A DNA stretch of 64,000 nt from Lytechinus pictus (taxonomy: Eukaryota), in assembly GCF_037042905.1 (NCBI RefSeq), contig NC_087250.1:10108001-10172000 (forward strand). Direction: 5' to 3'. Each line of letters begins with the position of its first letter. Within the stretch, counting starts at the first letter, position 1. Under the pieces are notes generated by a model that searched no databases, had not been told where the DNA came from, and saw only the letters and a program-made list of their open reading frames with translations. Positions 49,326-63,741 of this stretch are shown piece after piece. The position numbers and the translations under genes were made by a program.

Positions 49326-52300
49326 TGTAAGGTCCACAGTAGAAGCGCTCAAAGAAAACGAGCGATATACAGATGATGAAGATGAATGAAGAAACTAGAA
49401 GTAGTAAGTTGTGGATCCAAAAGTATAATTATGTAGCACAGTAAATTGATCGCTACAGCAGAAAATAAAGCCTCCCATATGAAGTCCTTCTACTGAGTGT
49501 CCTACCTCTAAAACTGTGGCAATGTGTTCCATAAAAACTATTTCATTGGTTGGTCAATAGTTGCTATGCAATGAAAACAAGCATCAAAGGGGAACAAAGA
49601 ATAAAAATTATTTTAAGTTTGAGGTTTTCACAGTTCATAGAAATTTATAGTATTTGTTAGTTTGAGGAGGCCGAGGGCTGAATCACTTTTTATTATACAA
49701 TGTGCTTCCAATATAGAATCAAGTGCCTTGTTAATTCTAATTATGGGCTTGAAGTGCCAAAACATTAACAAAAGAAGTTAGTTCCTCATTCTATCTTTTT
49801 ATTTATTAATTTATTCATGTGCATGTATTTGCTTTTGTTATAATATGTGATCCATTCATTCAAGTATTCCAATTTTTTAGGGGTTTCTTATTCATTTATT
49901 TTTTATTAATTTAATTTTTTTTTGGGGGGGTAACCATTCATTTGAATTTTAAGAAAGTGTTGCTTTTTTATAACTTTTTTTCATCATGTAATTCACTTTT
50001 GTAAAACTTAAATTTATTCATTATTTCTCTTTCTATATTTATATATTTTACAACTGATAATTTTTTTGTTGGTGCTCCCTGCTTATTCCTGTGGAAAAAA
50101 AATGTTTCTTTTGACCCTACTCAGTGGAGTAGCGAATCATGATGGTGCAATAATTACATATTTGATCAATTTATTTTTTAAATAAAATGAAATAATGAAC
50201 TAGATAGTGTACTACTTGTTTTACGACTGTTTTATTATGTGAAAGCGGTCATCTGTGTGATTCTGCAAAATAATTTGATATTTCATCATGTTATTTTTAA
50301 TGATATACAAGAATGTGGACAGACTAGCTAAAAAAAAATATAAAAGGTGTGTGCGTATGTGTGAAAAAAAAGAGCAAGAGAATGTGCGTGTGTCATGGGT
50401 TTGTGTCTAAGCCCCTCCAAGTGTGTGTGTATGACAGAACACTATCCAACCGGGGACATTTTGTAAAATATGGACAAACTCATTTTCTATCATTGTCCCT
50501 GGTTTCAGTTAAATTGTCATTCACATATACACAAATATCCCCCATATGTTGAAGCATTTTATGTCTATTGCTGACAACAAAAACGTATGTGTGCCTGTGT
50601 GTGTTATAAAGAGGGGATGACGATTGGTAAGTATATATATTTATGTTACCGTGAAAGAGAGGAGTATGGGGGGTCACACTGTTTGGTCCAAGTTTCACAA
50701 AGATGCTAATATTTTTACATATCATAAAGGCCTTTGTGCATCATCTTGAACTTTAAAAGATAAACTTATAAATTTTCCCTTTCCATTCCTCTCTGTGCTC
50801 TAAGATCCTCATTAGAGCAGGATCTGTGCGTATTCTCTACACATCTAAACATTGCCCCCCCCCCCCTCCTTCTTGAAATTCTTTAACAAAGTGTTTTTTT
50901 AATTTAGGAAAAAAAGTTTTGGAGGGGAAAGATTCCCACCATTATTTCCATCTCAGTATCCCCCACTTCTCCCTCTCTTTCTCTTTCCCTCTCTTTTTCT
51001 TTCCTTCTCTTTCTCTTTCCCCCTCTCTCCCTATGTCCAACCATCACTTGAGTTAAGACTCACTCATTGGGTGGTATACTGATAATTAAAACCTAGGTAT
51101 TCAAATTCATTTATTTCCCATCTCTAAAAACAAAAAACTCTAGTCTCAACTAGAAATTTTAACCATGCTTCTATGAAATGCTGACATAATACATCTTCCA
51201 TATTTATGGTAATTATAATGTAAATGTACCAATTAATTCATTAATATTCATTATACTTCTTTTTTTATATTTTCCTATTCTTTCCCATTCACAACTCAAT
51301 GTTTTTGACAACTTTGTGCAACAGGATAATAATAATTGCTAAGTGATAAATAAGTTGACAACTGGCACTCCATAAAAGTGTGGTCTAAGGTAACCCTAGT
51401 AAACCATGGGTAGCGTATCAGAATATTAACCATTTGGTATAACTTTCATTAAGTCTGGTGCCCAAATGGTCTAATTTGGGCTTCGTGCCGTATGATTTTT
51501 AACTTTGTCAAATGAAAATTTGGTTTAAAAAAAATCACTAATCATCGGCATAATCAATTGGATACTCTGCATCTCTCACACTAATAGCACTTTAACCTTT
51601 ATGTTTTAAAGAAATAGGCAGCATAACAGAAACAGATTCGATAGGCTCAACATATGAAAGGACTTGAGACTTTATTTGTTGAATATGACAAGAATTATCA
51701 TTTTCAATGAATTGCATACTCAAATTAGTCAATGCCAAAATGGTTCTTCGAAACGAGAAAAAAATCAAAAGTCACATTGGCAAAGTGTAATATGTGCATA
51801 TTAATACATTCCTACTGTTAAAATTACACTGCTTGTTCACACTTTGTACACAAATGTACCACCTTTTTATTGCTCTTTTTTTCTATAAATTCGGACATTG
51901 TCTGCTATAGGGATATATTTCTTACCGGCTTAAAAAGAAAGCATACAGGTTTTAGAGATGTATAAAAACAGGATTTACCTTTGCAGGATATAGGTCTATG
52001 AAAAGACTTACCCAATACAAAAGAAAATACTAGTAGATAGAATATATATCTCATATTCTAAATAGGAGATTGACTTAACACATTTCTAAGCATTCATGCA
52101 AGGCAAAATAGTTTGTAACAAACTTGTTGAATATACTTTAAATAGCAGTTTTAGCTGAGCTACAATTGTAGCCATGTGCGAGAGCTGACCTGGATTTCAT
52201 CCATCTAATTATATTAAATATATCTTTTTGAAGCTAAATAAATACTGCACACTATAATCTATCATTAAATAATTTGGACATATACATGCATTCTTAATAC

Positions 52301-53916
52301 CAATATAATCACACGGGTACAGAAAAACGATGATTGAAAAAGAAACTACCAAAGCTCATCTACCGCTTAAGAATTTCACTACATAAAAAAGAACAGTTTA
52401 AGAAATAAATCCAACAGGCATAACTCTTCTAAAGTTGTCATGTATAATCAATAAGAAAATATATATTTGTTTCTCTCTCCTCGTGAAGCTACAAACGTTT
52501 CTACAAAATATTAGACAAACAAAATTATTGTCTGAAAACATGGTTTGATATTTTTAAAAAAGCATATTGATTTTACAATGACAAAACATTTGCATGATGC
52601 ATGCATCATCAAAGAGAAAAATGTCTTTGAAATCTGCCTTTTCTTCTTTATCTAACAAACACTGTTATTTTCAAATTTCACGAGTGTTATCCATTCAAAG
52701 TTAACAATAAAAGAAACAAGAATGCTGTTCATGATAATCATAATGAATTTTCAATGACGGATAATCTATCAGATTTCTCAATGGGCAGTATACTCAAACT
52801 CAGCCTTCTAAATATATTCCTGCTTTCACAAGTTTATAATCCTGATCACCGATATTATTATTATCATACACAAGATAAAATTACATAACTATAATTCACA
52901 TCATTATTAAACATCGTTTCATTATCTTTACTATTTACTTTATACCAACCTATTTCCTACATCCCACTGTCCTTATTTTACTAATTGAATTATTTACCCA
53001 TAATTCATTGCTGTCCAACATAAATTAAGACCTACAGAAAGCACCAATCTATTCTCATTATTTTGTTACAATTTAGCAAGAAAATACAAAATATTACATT
53101 ACTTATTCAAAACATACACATGTTACGAACCACTTCCCATTAGAACAAAGAAAGCAAAATATTACGTAACTCATTCAAAACATACACAAGTTATAAACCG
53201 TTTACCATAAAAAAAAACAAAGAAAAACGATTCTATATACGGAAGACTATTGAACACCGTCCACACTTGGTTTATAAGAAAACATAATTTCCCATCACCT
53301 GAAGGATATACTAATGTAAACAGATCCTTTTGAAGCATGGCACATGACCATGTTAGTAATATTCATACATGTATTTCTACAGAGAGATGCCAGTCTTTAG
53401 ATTTTCGCCTGAATTCAGACCCTGGCAATTTTCCAGGCTTTTCAGGCTTCATAGCACAATGTGGGTAAATTTCTTTCTGAATGAAAACATGCCATGGCTG
53501 GGAATCAAACCCATGACCCTCTGATTGAAAGGCAAGTGTCAGAACCACTACACCCCCACATTTTAGAGTTCAAGTCTGTAATGGGCATTGTTCGGCATCA
53601 GTAAGGGGATGTGTCAAAAATGCTGCTGAACGTTGTTGCACTATGTCTAAACACGCCATAAGAGAGCACTTATTTTTCGTTGACAAAAACAACACATATA
53701 AATACAAATGTATAAAAATTGAAAAATGTGTTCACATATTTTGTTCCTCCATTTACAAGCACATCTGTATGATTCTCAATTTTGAAATTGCATGAGCAAC
53801 TAATATCTTTCTAGAACTGTCTTGTAATTTTTTTTTTAAATGCAAAGCAGAAAAAACAGTAACATATACCAAATGCAAACTGTATAGGCATATGGGATCC
53901 AAACCCTAGCCAATAG

Positions 53917-54275
53917 ATGATTTGTTCAAGTGCTGCAATGGAAAATATATGTATATGTATAAAATGTCATGTTTTATCAGCCATCCTATTCATCACTCAA
54001 ATAATCAGAGTAAATCAGTAAAAGGATAAATAATGATATAATTAAGAATTTTGGCTAAAAACAGTATTTGCATTGGATTTGTAAACTAATACATTTTTTG
54101 AGCAAGATTTGTTCAAGTGCTGCAATGGAAAATATATGTATATGTATAAAATGTCATGTTTTATCAGCCATCCCTTTCATCACTCAAATAATCAGAGTAA
54201 ATCAGTAAAAGGAAAAATAATGATACATTCATGAATTTTGGCTCAGAACAGTATTTGCATTGGATTTGTAAACAA
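53917..54275. repeat. About 190-bp tandem duplication in the probable vinculin 3'UTR
   Basis: GATTTGTTCAAGTGCTGCAATGGAAAATATATG... occurs at about 53918 and 54106. Confidence 0.9.
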
Positions 54276-54498
54276 ATTAAGTTTGGCTGAATCAGCCCCC
54301 CCCCCCTCCTCCCAGTCTTATTAGGGTTAAGACTTGCATCTGAATGCAACTCTTTCTGCAAAGGGCCCCATATTGATCTATCTAAGTGGAGTAATGCTTG
54401 ATACAAGATTTTTAAGTCTCTTGAGCAACTAATGCTGCCATCGGCACTGTGAGATTTGCAGCAATGGCTTCTTCTTGGGAGAACCTAGCTGCACCTTG

Positions 54499-54648
54499 GG
54501 ACCGTTTCACGAAAGTTGTCAACACTGACAAGTTGACTTTTTTCTACAATTACTAAAGTAACAGTCAGAGGCCAGTGCATCTCAACCAATCAAAACAAAG
54601 GATTTCACTGATATTGTCAGCACTGATAACTTTCATGAAACTCATCCC
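54499..54648. mobile_element. Short Harbinger-like MITE (relatives at about 58457-58563 and 63155-63321)
   Basis: GTTTCACGAAAGTTGTCA...TGATAACTTTCATGAAAC inverted ends. Confidence 0.65.
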
Positions 54649-55385
54649 AGGTCTTTGAAGATCTTCTAACCATCTCATCCTCTGAGGAATTTGACTTAGG
54701 GGTGGGATATCACACAAGATTTTACATAGCACTGGGGCGAATTCAATTTATGGAAGGTAGATGCAAGATGCCTTACAGAACATTGACGTACCTTGTAAAA
54801 GTCGGAGCCGCGTCTTTTGCGCTGGACTCCTGCAAGCACAATTTCATTACCAATTCTCACACTTCACCATAGAAAACACAATAGAGAATGCAAAAAAGCC
54901 ACTATGAAAAGATGCATTCTGCCTTCAGAGAAGGATGCTTGATAAAAGACGCGGCATGGACTTTTGGCAAGGTACCTACATGTAACATTAAAGAACATTA
55001 CAGCAGAGCCTTTTCTAGGATGGACCTACTGACTGGTAGCAAGGTCTTTCACGGACCCACTTCATTTTCCAGGAACTTCGAATTAGGAGAGGGACATAAC
55101 ACAAGCTTTTACACAATCTGATCTTAATATTGCTTTGACTTGCACGAAATCAATTTAAGGAAGGTCAACATAAGGTATCTTTCAGAACATTAAAGCAGTG
55201 GCATCTTCTTGGATGGACCAACTGGTACCAAGGTCGTTGACGAACCCATCTTATCTTCGGAAAAAGTTTACTAAGGAGATGCATTTAAACTGAATATGGC
55301 TTCGACTTGGGCGAAATCAATTTATGAAAGGTCGAGACAAGGTGCCTTAGAGAACATCAAAGCAGTGGCATCTTCCTGGGTGGAC

Positions 55386-55552
55386 CTACTGGTACCAAGG
55401 TCTTTGGCGGACCCATCTCATCTTGTAGCCTGCATCCGTTCTGATCTTGATGGAGGCAGCTTTGGCGGCTCTGACTGTTTCCTTGACGGCTTTCATCAGG
55501 TTTTGGGCATTGCCGACCAGCATCTCTGTGGCTTCCATGTCCTCCTCGGATT
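55386..55552 (-). CDS. VCL: Vinculin terminal coding exon
   Basis: [55 protein letters not shown]; the PWYQ C-terminus is diagnostic of vinculin rather than alpha-catenin. Confidence 0.96.
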
Positions 55553-56429
55553 CTGAGGGACCGGAAGAAATGTATATGTGTTCAAGTATTTTAATGAAAC
55601 ACAGAATGAAAATTCATGATATTTGTACTGTACACTATAGAAGAATGAATTGCCGTTGCATGGAAACTTACTCATCCCCCTTGCAGTTGGGACATAATTT
55701 TGAACACTATGTTTGATGTGAGAACTGAGATTTGGGATGGAATATGATTACTAAATCTGGACTTTTGCACTGGCATTCAATTTTAAGACCTACAACATTG
55801 ATCCACTCATTGATTATCATCAGGTTCTGGGTATTGCCAATGATCCATCTAATATAATGGTTCTTCAGGTGCAATAATGAAAACGGGACAGACTGAATAA
55901 AAAACATAATGCCTCCCGCAACCACGAACAGCTGTTGTTTTTAAGCGCCATTGGGTCATTCTTGACTCCTGGTGACCCCACGGACAAACTTTCTCCATTC
56001 TGTTCTATCCTGTGAATGCACGCTCAGTTCTCTCAAAGACTTTCCAGTTTCTTTAACGGTAGGGGGAGGCAAAACAACGCTGCCAATAGAAGTAAAGGCT
56101 GATCTGCGAGATCTAGAGAAGTTCTCCTGGGCCCTGTCTTACAAAGTTTTAAAATTGATCTGGTGAACCTCAACTGTATGGAAGTCCATCAATGTCATAA
56201 TTCATTCTACAATGAAACTTACAAAATAAACAAAGAGAAGCACACTGAATTTTCAAGAAAAGGACAACTGTATGAATACAGAGTCGAGAGAGAGTATATC
56301 TAGAAAATATGTTGAACATGCATTTTATATGCTGTTGTCAGCTTTCCATAATTGTGGTTGATTGGATCAATCGCAACTCTTTGTAAGACAGGACCCAGAT
56401 GTAATAAGGGTTGACCTTTGACCTCCTAC

Positions 56430-56520
56430 CTTGTGATCCAAGCATGACAGCTTTGACTGTTGATAAGATCTTGAGCTGTGTACTGATGGTAGGGATCCGC
56501 TCACAGACTTGAAGAAGGTT
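56430..56520 (-). CDS. VCL: Vinculin penultimate exon
   Basis: NLLQVCERIPTISTQLKILSTVKAVMLGSQ is near-identical to the vinculin tail; CTGTAG acceptor, G|GTAGGA donor. Confidence 0.96.
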
Positions 56521-59500
56521 CTACAGAGATAATGGCAAGAAAACTTAAATAAAATCAAACCAAGAGTAGAAGTTTCTGGTCCATAAAGATTGTCTTTAAA
56601 TTGATAATAAAAATATTCAGTTCTTGTGTATACTTTTCTTTCCCATTTTGCTATACAAGGTTAATCTTCATGAAAACTCCAGCCAAGTGTAGCTGTAGAT
56701 CCTGGTTCTAAAAAGGTTGCATTAAAATAATAATTCATGCATTCATTTCTTGTATATATATATTTTTTTTATTATTCAAGGTAATCTTTATGAAAACTGG
56801 AATAAAATCCACCAAGTGTAAATATTTCCTGACCCGTAAATTGTATTAAAATTTTGTGATAGTTTTTGACATAATATTCAGAAGCAAAACAATATCTGAT
56901 TCCACCTTGTTTTCCTATCCGTTTATTTTTATCCCTCTTTTATTTTTCTTGGCCGTAAAAATTATTTTCAGGAGGGTCCATGCCCCTACATCTTTATGCC
57001 AGTGGTTGGCATGGGAAACATACAGCTTTGCAAAATGCATTCATGCAAAATATGCATCAGGGTATGCTTTCCTCTAGATGTTCGCAACAATGTGCATGAT
57101 TTACAGACCAATGGAGTATGAAGTGCTAAAATTTAAGTCCAGACATTTTTCTGAGAAATTAACCTATTGGTCAAATCAAGCCAGTCCTGTATTACACATA
57201 CAAAATGTCCATGTACCTAGGCTGAGTAGGTAGAAGACTTGATGCCAATGAGTTTATGCAAATTATGATGGTAATTCAAGTAACAACCCATTATGGAAAA
57301 CAAAGTTTTTGAAGGGACTACATTACAATTAGAAATTCTATGCATATTGAATTTAAGCCAATGGAAATTTCAATTCAAAGTGATTCAAAAATGCATCTGG
57401 CCTTCCATACTCCATTCTCATGTTAAGTCATGAACAGGTTTATGAAACATCCCCAATGTACAAAAAATATGTGCATTATCACCTTTCTTACTGACACTGG
57501 TAACTAAAATAAAACCACCATTATGTATAATTCAGGGATTGAATTATACATCAACTTCGGGTTAACGCAAATCCTGATTCTGGCTGATATCATTCAATAG
57601 CTATTCACTTCAATACTATACATCACTTTTTAGTACATTGGTATGCTGAATTCAATTTAGTTCAGTTTCACTTAACCCCTTTTCTAACATTTTTACAACA
57701 ATATTGGGTATTATTTTCAATTGTGTTCTGGCATGTCATATGTCATGTCATGACAAAATCAAGAAAATGGTTGAAGGTTGATAAGATTTACCCGTCTTAA
57801 AATAAGAAAAAGGGTTTTTGCGACAACATTCAACTTATGCAATGTTTCATACAATGCATATTTTCATTATGTGAATTTGACTTATATTTTCACATATAGG
57901 CCAATTGGACTTTTATTAATATCTACAGTATCTCAAACTGTAAATGCAATATTTTTTGCCACTTTGGCCTATGCCAATCTCATCCAAGCAAACTTGACTT
58001 GTCCAAAGTTTTGACAAATGCTCATTTCCATTCAAGCCTTTATACATGTATGACTGATCCCATATATTTCAATGTTTCTTCTGATGCAATCATATCTAAT
58101 GGATGCAAATTAGACCCTTGGAATCTTTTAGACCAATGTAAATATGACTTCAGCATTATTTGGACTCATTTCGGGTGACTTTTTGTTGCTTTTGGGGTGG
58201 AAGGTCACAATTTGTATAGAATGACATTGCATAAGTTCAATCTTATCAACCACTTTCTTATGCCGGTAAATTTAACTTATGCAAGTCAAAATTTGCACAT
58301 GTGATGACATCGCATAAGTCAAAGCTTATCATCCATTTTCTTATACAGGTATATTTGACTTATGCAAGGTTGCCTCTTATGGACCATTGTTCTGTGATAT
58401 ATGTATAAGGTTTACACACAAGACAACCATGATCAATATCTCATTTGCTTCTTCAAGGGCCTGTTTCATAAAGCTTGACAGCTTTGAAAGCCTTGACCGT
58501 TAAAAGCTACTGAAATGCTTCAATCTCATTGGCTGATAGTAAATTTATTTATGAAATGGAGCCCACAAGGTTGGCAGACATCTCTCCCGTCGATGGCGTC
58601 CCTTCTGGCTGGAGTCGCAGCTAAGCAGTACTGATGTATGAATTAGTCCACACTCACGATAGACGGATACACACTAAAAGTCTGTCACACAAGTCCAAGT
58701 TGAACAAACATTATGGGGATACAAGTCTGTCACACAAGTCTAAGTTGATACACTTACTAAGATGCAACTAAACAATGGGCCTCATTGCACAGAGGTTTAC
58801 AATCAATTACAAAATTGCAACAGCCATTGTTGAAAGGGGATGGTGTCTAGCATCATCTTCAACCAGTCATGATTTTTTTTTATACAAGTGTTTGATTGCA
58901 AATCTTTGTGCAATGAGCCCCTGATTCTACATATGACCATGCAGTATAAATGGCATTATATCATCAATCACAATTATGTAAAAACTGCACTCAACTAAGA
59001 AATAAGCGAATAACATTGGAACTAAAAGGAACCACAACTCAGACATTGTACATGTACATACAGTATAACAAAAAATGTCTGGATTTCAAGAACTTTGATT
59101 CATAATTTCCAGCATGAACAATACGTCAAAATTGTGAAACAATGCCTGACCTAATATTCTAATAGACAATATGAGTTGATAAAATGTTCATGATTACAGA
59201 TTACAAAAACATACAATCAATAGTCATGATGAAGTTAAATTCCAAAGAGAAAATAAATCTATTCATCTGGACTTGCTTTTGAGAAGCAGAGAACAGTTTC
59301 CTCCCGATCCAGGATGCTTCTTCAGAAGTAATTTGGACATTGGATGTTCTTTTTTCCCCAAAAAAAAAATGCAATATCAGACGAGCTGAAGAAGTGTCCC
59401 AGAACGAACGTGATACTAGTCTCCAACCATAAAAGTAAGTCCAGGGCCCTGTCTTACAAAGAGTTAAATTGATCCAATCGATCATAACTCTATGAAAATC

Positions 59501-62500
59501 CATCAGTGTCGTATTTTTTTTCTACAAAAAAATTTGCACAATGTCCTTTGTATGCTAAGAGAAGCGGAGTGAATTTTCAAGAACACAATGAATGAATGAA
59601 TGAATGAATATACATCATAGCTTGAAAATATTTCGAACAAACATGCATACTAGATGTTGACGTTGCTGGTCGTCCATAGTTGCGATTGATCAGATCAATT
59701 GTAACTCTTTGTAAAAAACAAGGCCAAGATGAATAGATTTCTTTTTTCTTAAATCAGGGATTTGACATTCTTCCTGGATGAATAAAAACATACATCAGGG
59801 GCCCGTCTTACAAAGAGTTGCGATTGATCCGATCAATCACAACTATGGTAAGCCAGCAAAGTCAACATATAAAATGCATGTTTGTTCAAAAAAAATTCTA
59901 GATATGAATGTATATCCATAAATTCATTGATTTCTTTCCAAATTGTCGTGTTCTCCTTTGTTTACAAAGGACATTTAACAAATTTCCTGTAGAAAAAATT
60001 ATGACACTGATGGATTTCCATAGAGTTATGATTGATTGGATCAATCGTAACTCTATGTAAGACAGTGCCCAGTTTATGGTGATGAAGTTGTGGCTATTTT
60101 TACAAGGTTTGATGCAGACTTGTGATTTCAGCCTATAGTATTTTTGACTGCATCTTCTTATGATACATGGCTCAATATTAAAATTCTGAATATCATATCG
60201 CTACCATGCTTTGGTCATAATTATAACTAAACACAGATACCCTCACTCTAAAGAAGGAAGGGGATGTCAAGTTTATAAATCGAAAGATGATTAATAAAAG
60301 AGTCTACAGAAATGTTTTGATGAATAAAAGAAGAAAATTAGCTTTCTATATAAAAAAGTCTAAACATCCTTCAGCTTGTGATTATGGTATTGTTTTTCAT
60401 TTTGGTAAACAACATGAAAACCTTGGTTTTGGTAGGCTGTTGTATCTTGGCATTATAATAATGCTAAAAAGACAAAGTAAGTATTTCAATTGTATTTCAA
60501 TTTTGTTGTATGTTTATCTCTTTTATAATGCACATGGAACAATTTCTTCTTTCTTTCGTAATTTTGTGATTTTCTGTAATATTCTGTATGGTTTTTAAAG
60601 TGAAATAAATACAAAAAAGTAATGCAGCATGCCAAATTATATCCAAGAAAAAAAAAAACCTAAACAAAAAAAATGCCCTATGTGTGAGGCTGGTAAAGAC
60701 TTCATATGTGTGCGAGAGAGAGTCATCGTGAATTTAAAAAGTAATTTGGGCATAATTTGTCCAAAATAAGAAAATACAATAACTAATTAAACTTTGCAAT
60801 ACTATATTTTATAATTTGCTTTACTTTGGGAGAAACTAAGAAAAAAATGTATCATTATCATGATAAAAATCAATTCCAATACTGATAACTGCAATTAATG
60901 CAACCAAATTGATATTATCATAATCATTTATGCACAAAGATAATCAATATAACGATATATAAAGACAATCATACACATCTAATACTTAAAGTCCGGACAA
61001 ATCTCTTTTTTAAAGAAAAAATGTGTCATCAGAATAAAAAGCATACAATTGTACATCAAAAGCAAAATAGCATTAGTTTGCATTCATTTCATTTCTCTTA
61101 TTTTCATTTAAGTATTAAAAACAATATTGTTAACAATGCTAATTGTGCATGTTTTGACTTTTGCAAGACTTTATGCTCTCGTGCACATTTACATGAACAG
61201 GTGCGGGGAACACAAGTGCATTCTTGTTAAATTAAACCAAACATGCAATTCAGTGCAAAAAAATGATAGAACATATTAGCACCATAAAAAAGACACATAA
61301 CAAGAGTACCATACATAAAAAGAGGCTATTCACAGAACTGCTTTCATCATTGAAATATTGAAAAAAATAAATAAATAAAGCACTCTGTGATATTACCATT
61401 TTTGTGCATGTTTTTCTTTTTAAAAAGAATATCATATCAAAAAGATATCCGAAGTGACTGCGTTTCAGATGCCCTAATATTCTAAATATTCATATTAAAC
61501 CCAATGGTGAATGTTTGGGGCTGAAGATTTATACGTAGTCCCATGCATGCATTTCTGTGTGGCATGCATGTGAATTTCATTTAAAAATAAAAAAGTACAG
61601 AGAAGATCTGTGCTGTTATCAATTTTGAAGTTACTAAAAGTCATGGTGAAGTGAAAAGATCCTGATTTTTTTTTCTTTCAAAAGTTGGAAGAAAGTTACA
61701 ACAGAAATAACAAAATGGAAGAGAAAGATTAAAAAAAAATTATGCTAAAACCTAGATACAACAGAACAGAACAGACAACATAATGCACAATATCCCAACA
61801 TTAGGATTGGGGAGGAAAATCATAAAACAATAATTAACTGGTCCTGTTGCCTGCGTGGCTAGAATAGTTTGAGAACAATTATGTGACAAACCAATCACTT
61901 TTTCTCCTTTGAAATAGTGAAACACAGCAATGAAAGATTATTTTCTGAATAAAAAAAGTTTAAGAAAACCAAGAGCAACTTTTTTGTGGTTGAAAATATC
62001 GAGGGTGTTTAAATAAAATCAAATACATTTCTTGATCATAATGTTGTGAATTAACGAGTCCTCTATTCAGAACAGTGGACCCATGAATAAAACAGCGTGC
62101 GTAACCAAGGCAACAGGCGTCAATTTGGCACCTGTGACACAAGCGTGCATCAGTATTGGACATTTTTTAATATACGCAGGTTCAACCAATGGTTTTCAAA
62201 ACTACTTTTGTGAATTCGGGCCAATGTTACCAACTTTAAATTTCCAAACAGCTAGTCAAAACATCTTAAAAACTTCAACTGGTCTGTTTTTCCGTAAGTT
62301 TTAAGTGACAGACAATGTCTATCACTACATTACGACTTTTATTTTTCTGAATAAGTGACGGTCAACTGGTCATAACATATCTTAATTATCATAATTTAAC
62401 ATTCACCTAGTTTCCCCCATATTTTTTCACCCATATATCGAGTTGGGTTGAGCAGACCATACAACAAAACTTAAAGGAAAAGAACAAACAAAACAGATTG

Positions 62501-62602
62501 AAAAAATGACTACTACATATGCAAAACAAGAGGCACGGAACAAGCAAAACAAGACAAGAAAGATACAGAATGGGACCACAATGAAATGGGTTACATGCTC
62601 AC

Positions 62603-62726
62603 GTTTTTCATGCGTTTATCAGTACACTGAGCTGCGATTTCTCCGGCAAGCCTGACGACTTCCAGCGACGCCAGAGCGATCTTCTTAGCGATCTCGATTA
62701 ATTCTTTCTTTGACGTTTTCTCACCG
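62603..62726 (-). CDS. VCL: Vinculin tail domain exon (third from last)
   Basis: GEKTSKKELIEIAKKIALASLEVVRLAGEIAAQCTDKRMKN matches vinculin [28 protein letters not shown]; CTAG acceptor, AAC|GTGAGC donor; the gene continues beyond the right edge. Confidence 0.92.
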
Positions 62727-63741
62727 CTAGATAAGGGATGGAAACAAAGCTTATAAATCAGATCTTTGCAAAGTTTGGGGTTAGTCCTTGGATTTTCTTT
62801 GTTGTTGTGTGGACACAGTGCATAGTGCAATCAATGAAATGAACTGCAAAAGTTACAATGGCCTGCCTTGCTGTAAAGGAATGGGAATTTTGGATTCAGC
62901 TTTATTCAAAAATTTAGATAGCAATGAAAGCCCATGCCCCCCCCCCCCCAAAAAAAAAAAAGAAGAAAGAATATAAAACCTATTAATTCATATACATGTA
63001 TATGTCATATTTACCATGACTACCATCTTTATAATATTTCATTCCATTTTCTTATTTGCTTTTCTTGAATTAACTGCCAAACAGAAGTTGACAAATCAAA
63101 ACGTATGCAGTGCATCATCATTGATTATACTATGATAGAATCCAGGAGACGGGGAGCCCTGTTTCACAAAAACTGTCAACAAAAAATCATTCATAATTTG
63201 AGGTATAAGGTAGATATATATACATGTATGTATTAACTACCAATCTTGGCATATGATTGGTTGAGAGCGAATTTGTCAGAAATAAATTTTTGCTGTAGCA
63301 GGTTTCATGAAACAGGGTCCCAATAACAAACAATGATTTGAATAAATTCTCACAGCAAACTGGCTCCCTCTGTTGACAAGATTAGATCCAACTCTCACTC
63401 CTAAACATGACTTGTGCATCATTTAAGTTTATATGGGCCACTATTCATGTTACTAATCATGCTAAACATCCACATGAATAATAAAGTAATTTCAGGAATT
63501 TTTTTTTTTTAAGAAATAATAATTGGGACTATTCTCAAGTTGTCATACAATTTGTGTCCCCTTGTAATAAGAGGAATGTTTTCCCTGAGAGATTCTTCAT
63601 TCAACTTGACTAAGTCATGGAAAAGTCAATCGAAAAATCAGACTTTTCAAAGTGTTGTTGCATTATCTGTTGTATTATCAGTAGTTACTTTTGGGCATAC
63701 ATAAGATGATTATGCATACAGTAAAAACATAAAATACTAGA

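Noticed and set aside
55219..55388. Stop-codon readthrough of vinculin into its echo
   Set aside because: The 167-nt offset is not a multiple of three
62408..62470. Possible poison exon FCCMVCSTQLDIWVKKYGGN* resembling the ISTQL motif
   Set aside because: Weak AAG acceptor; a four-residue match is expected by chance
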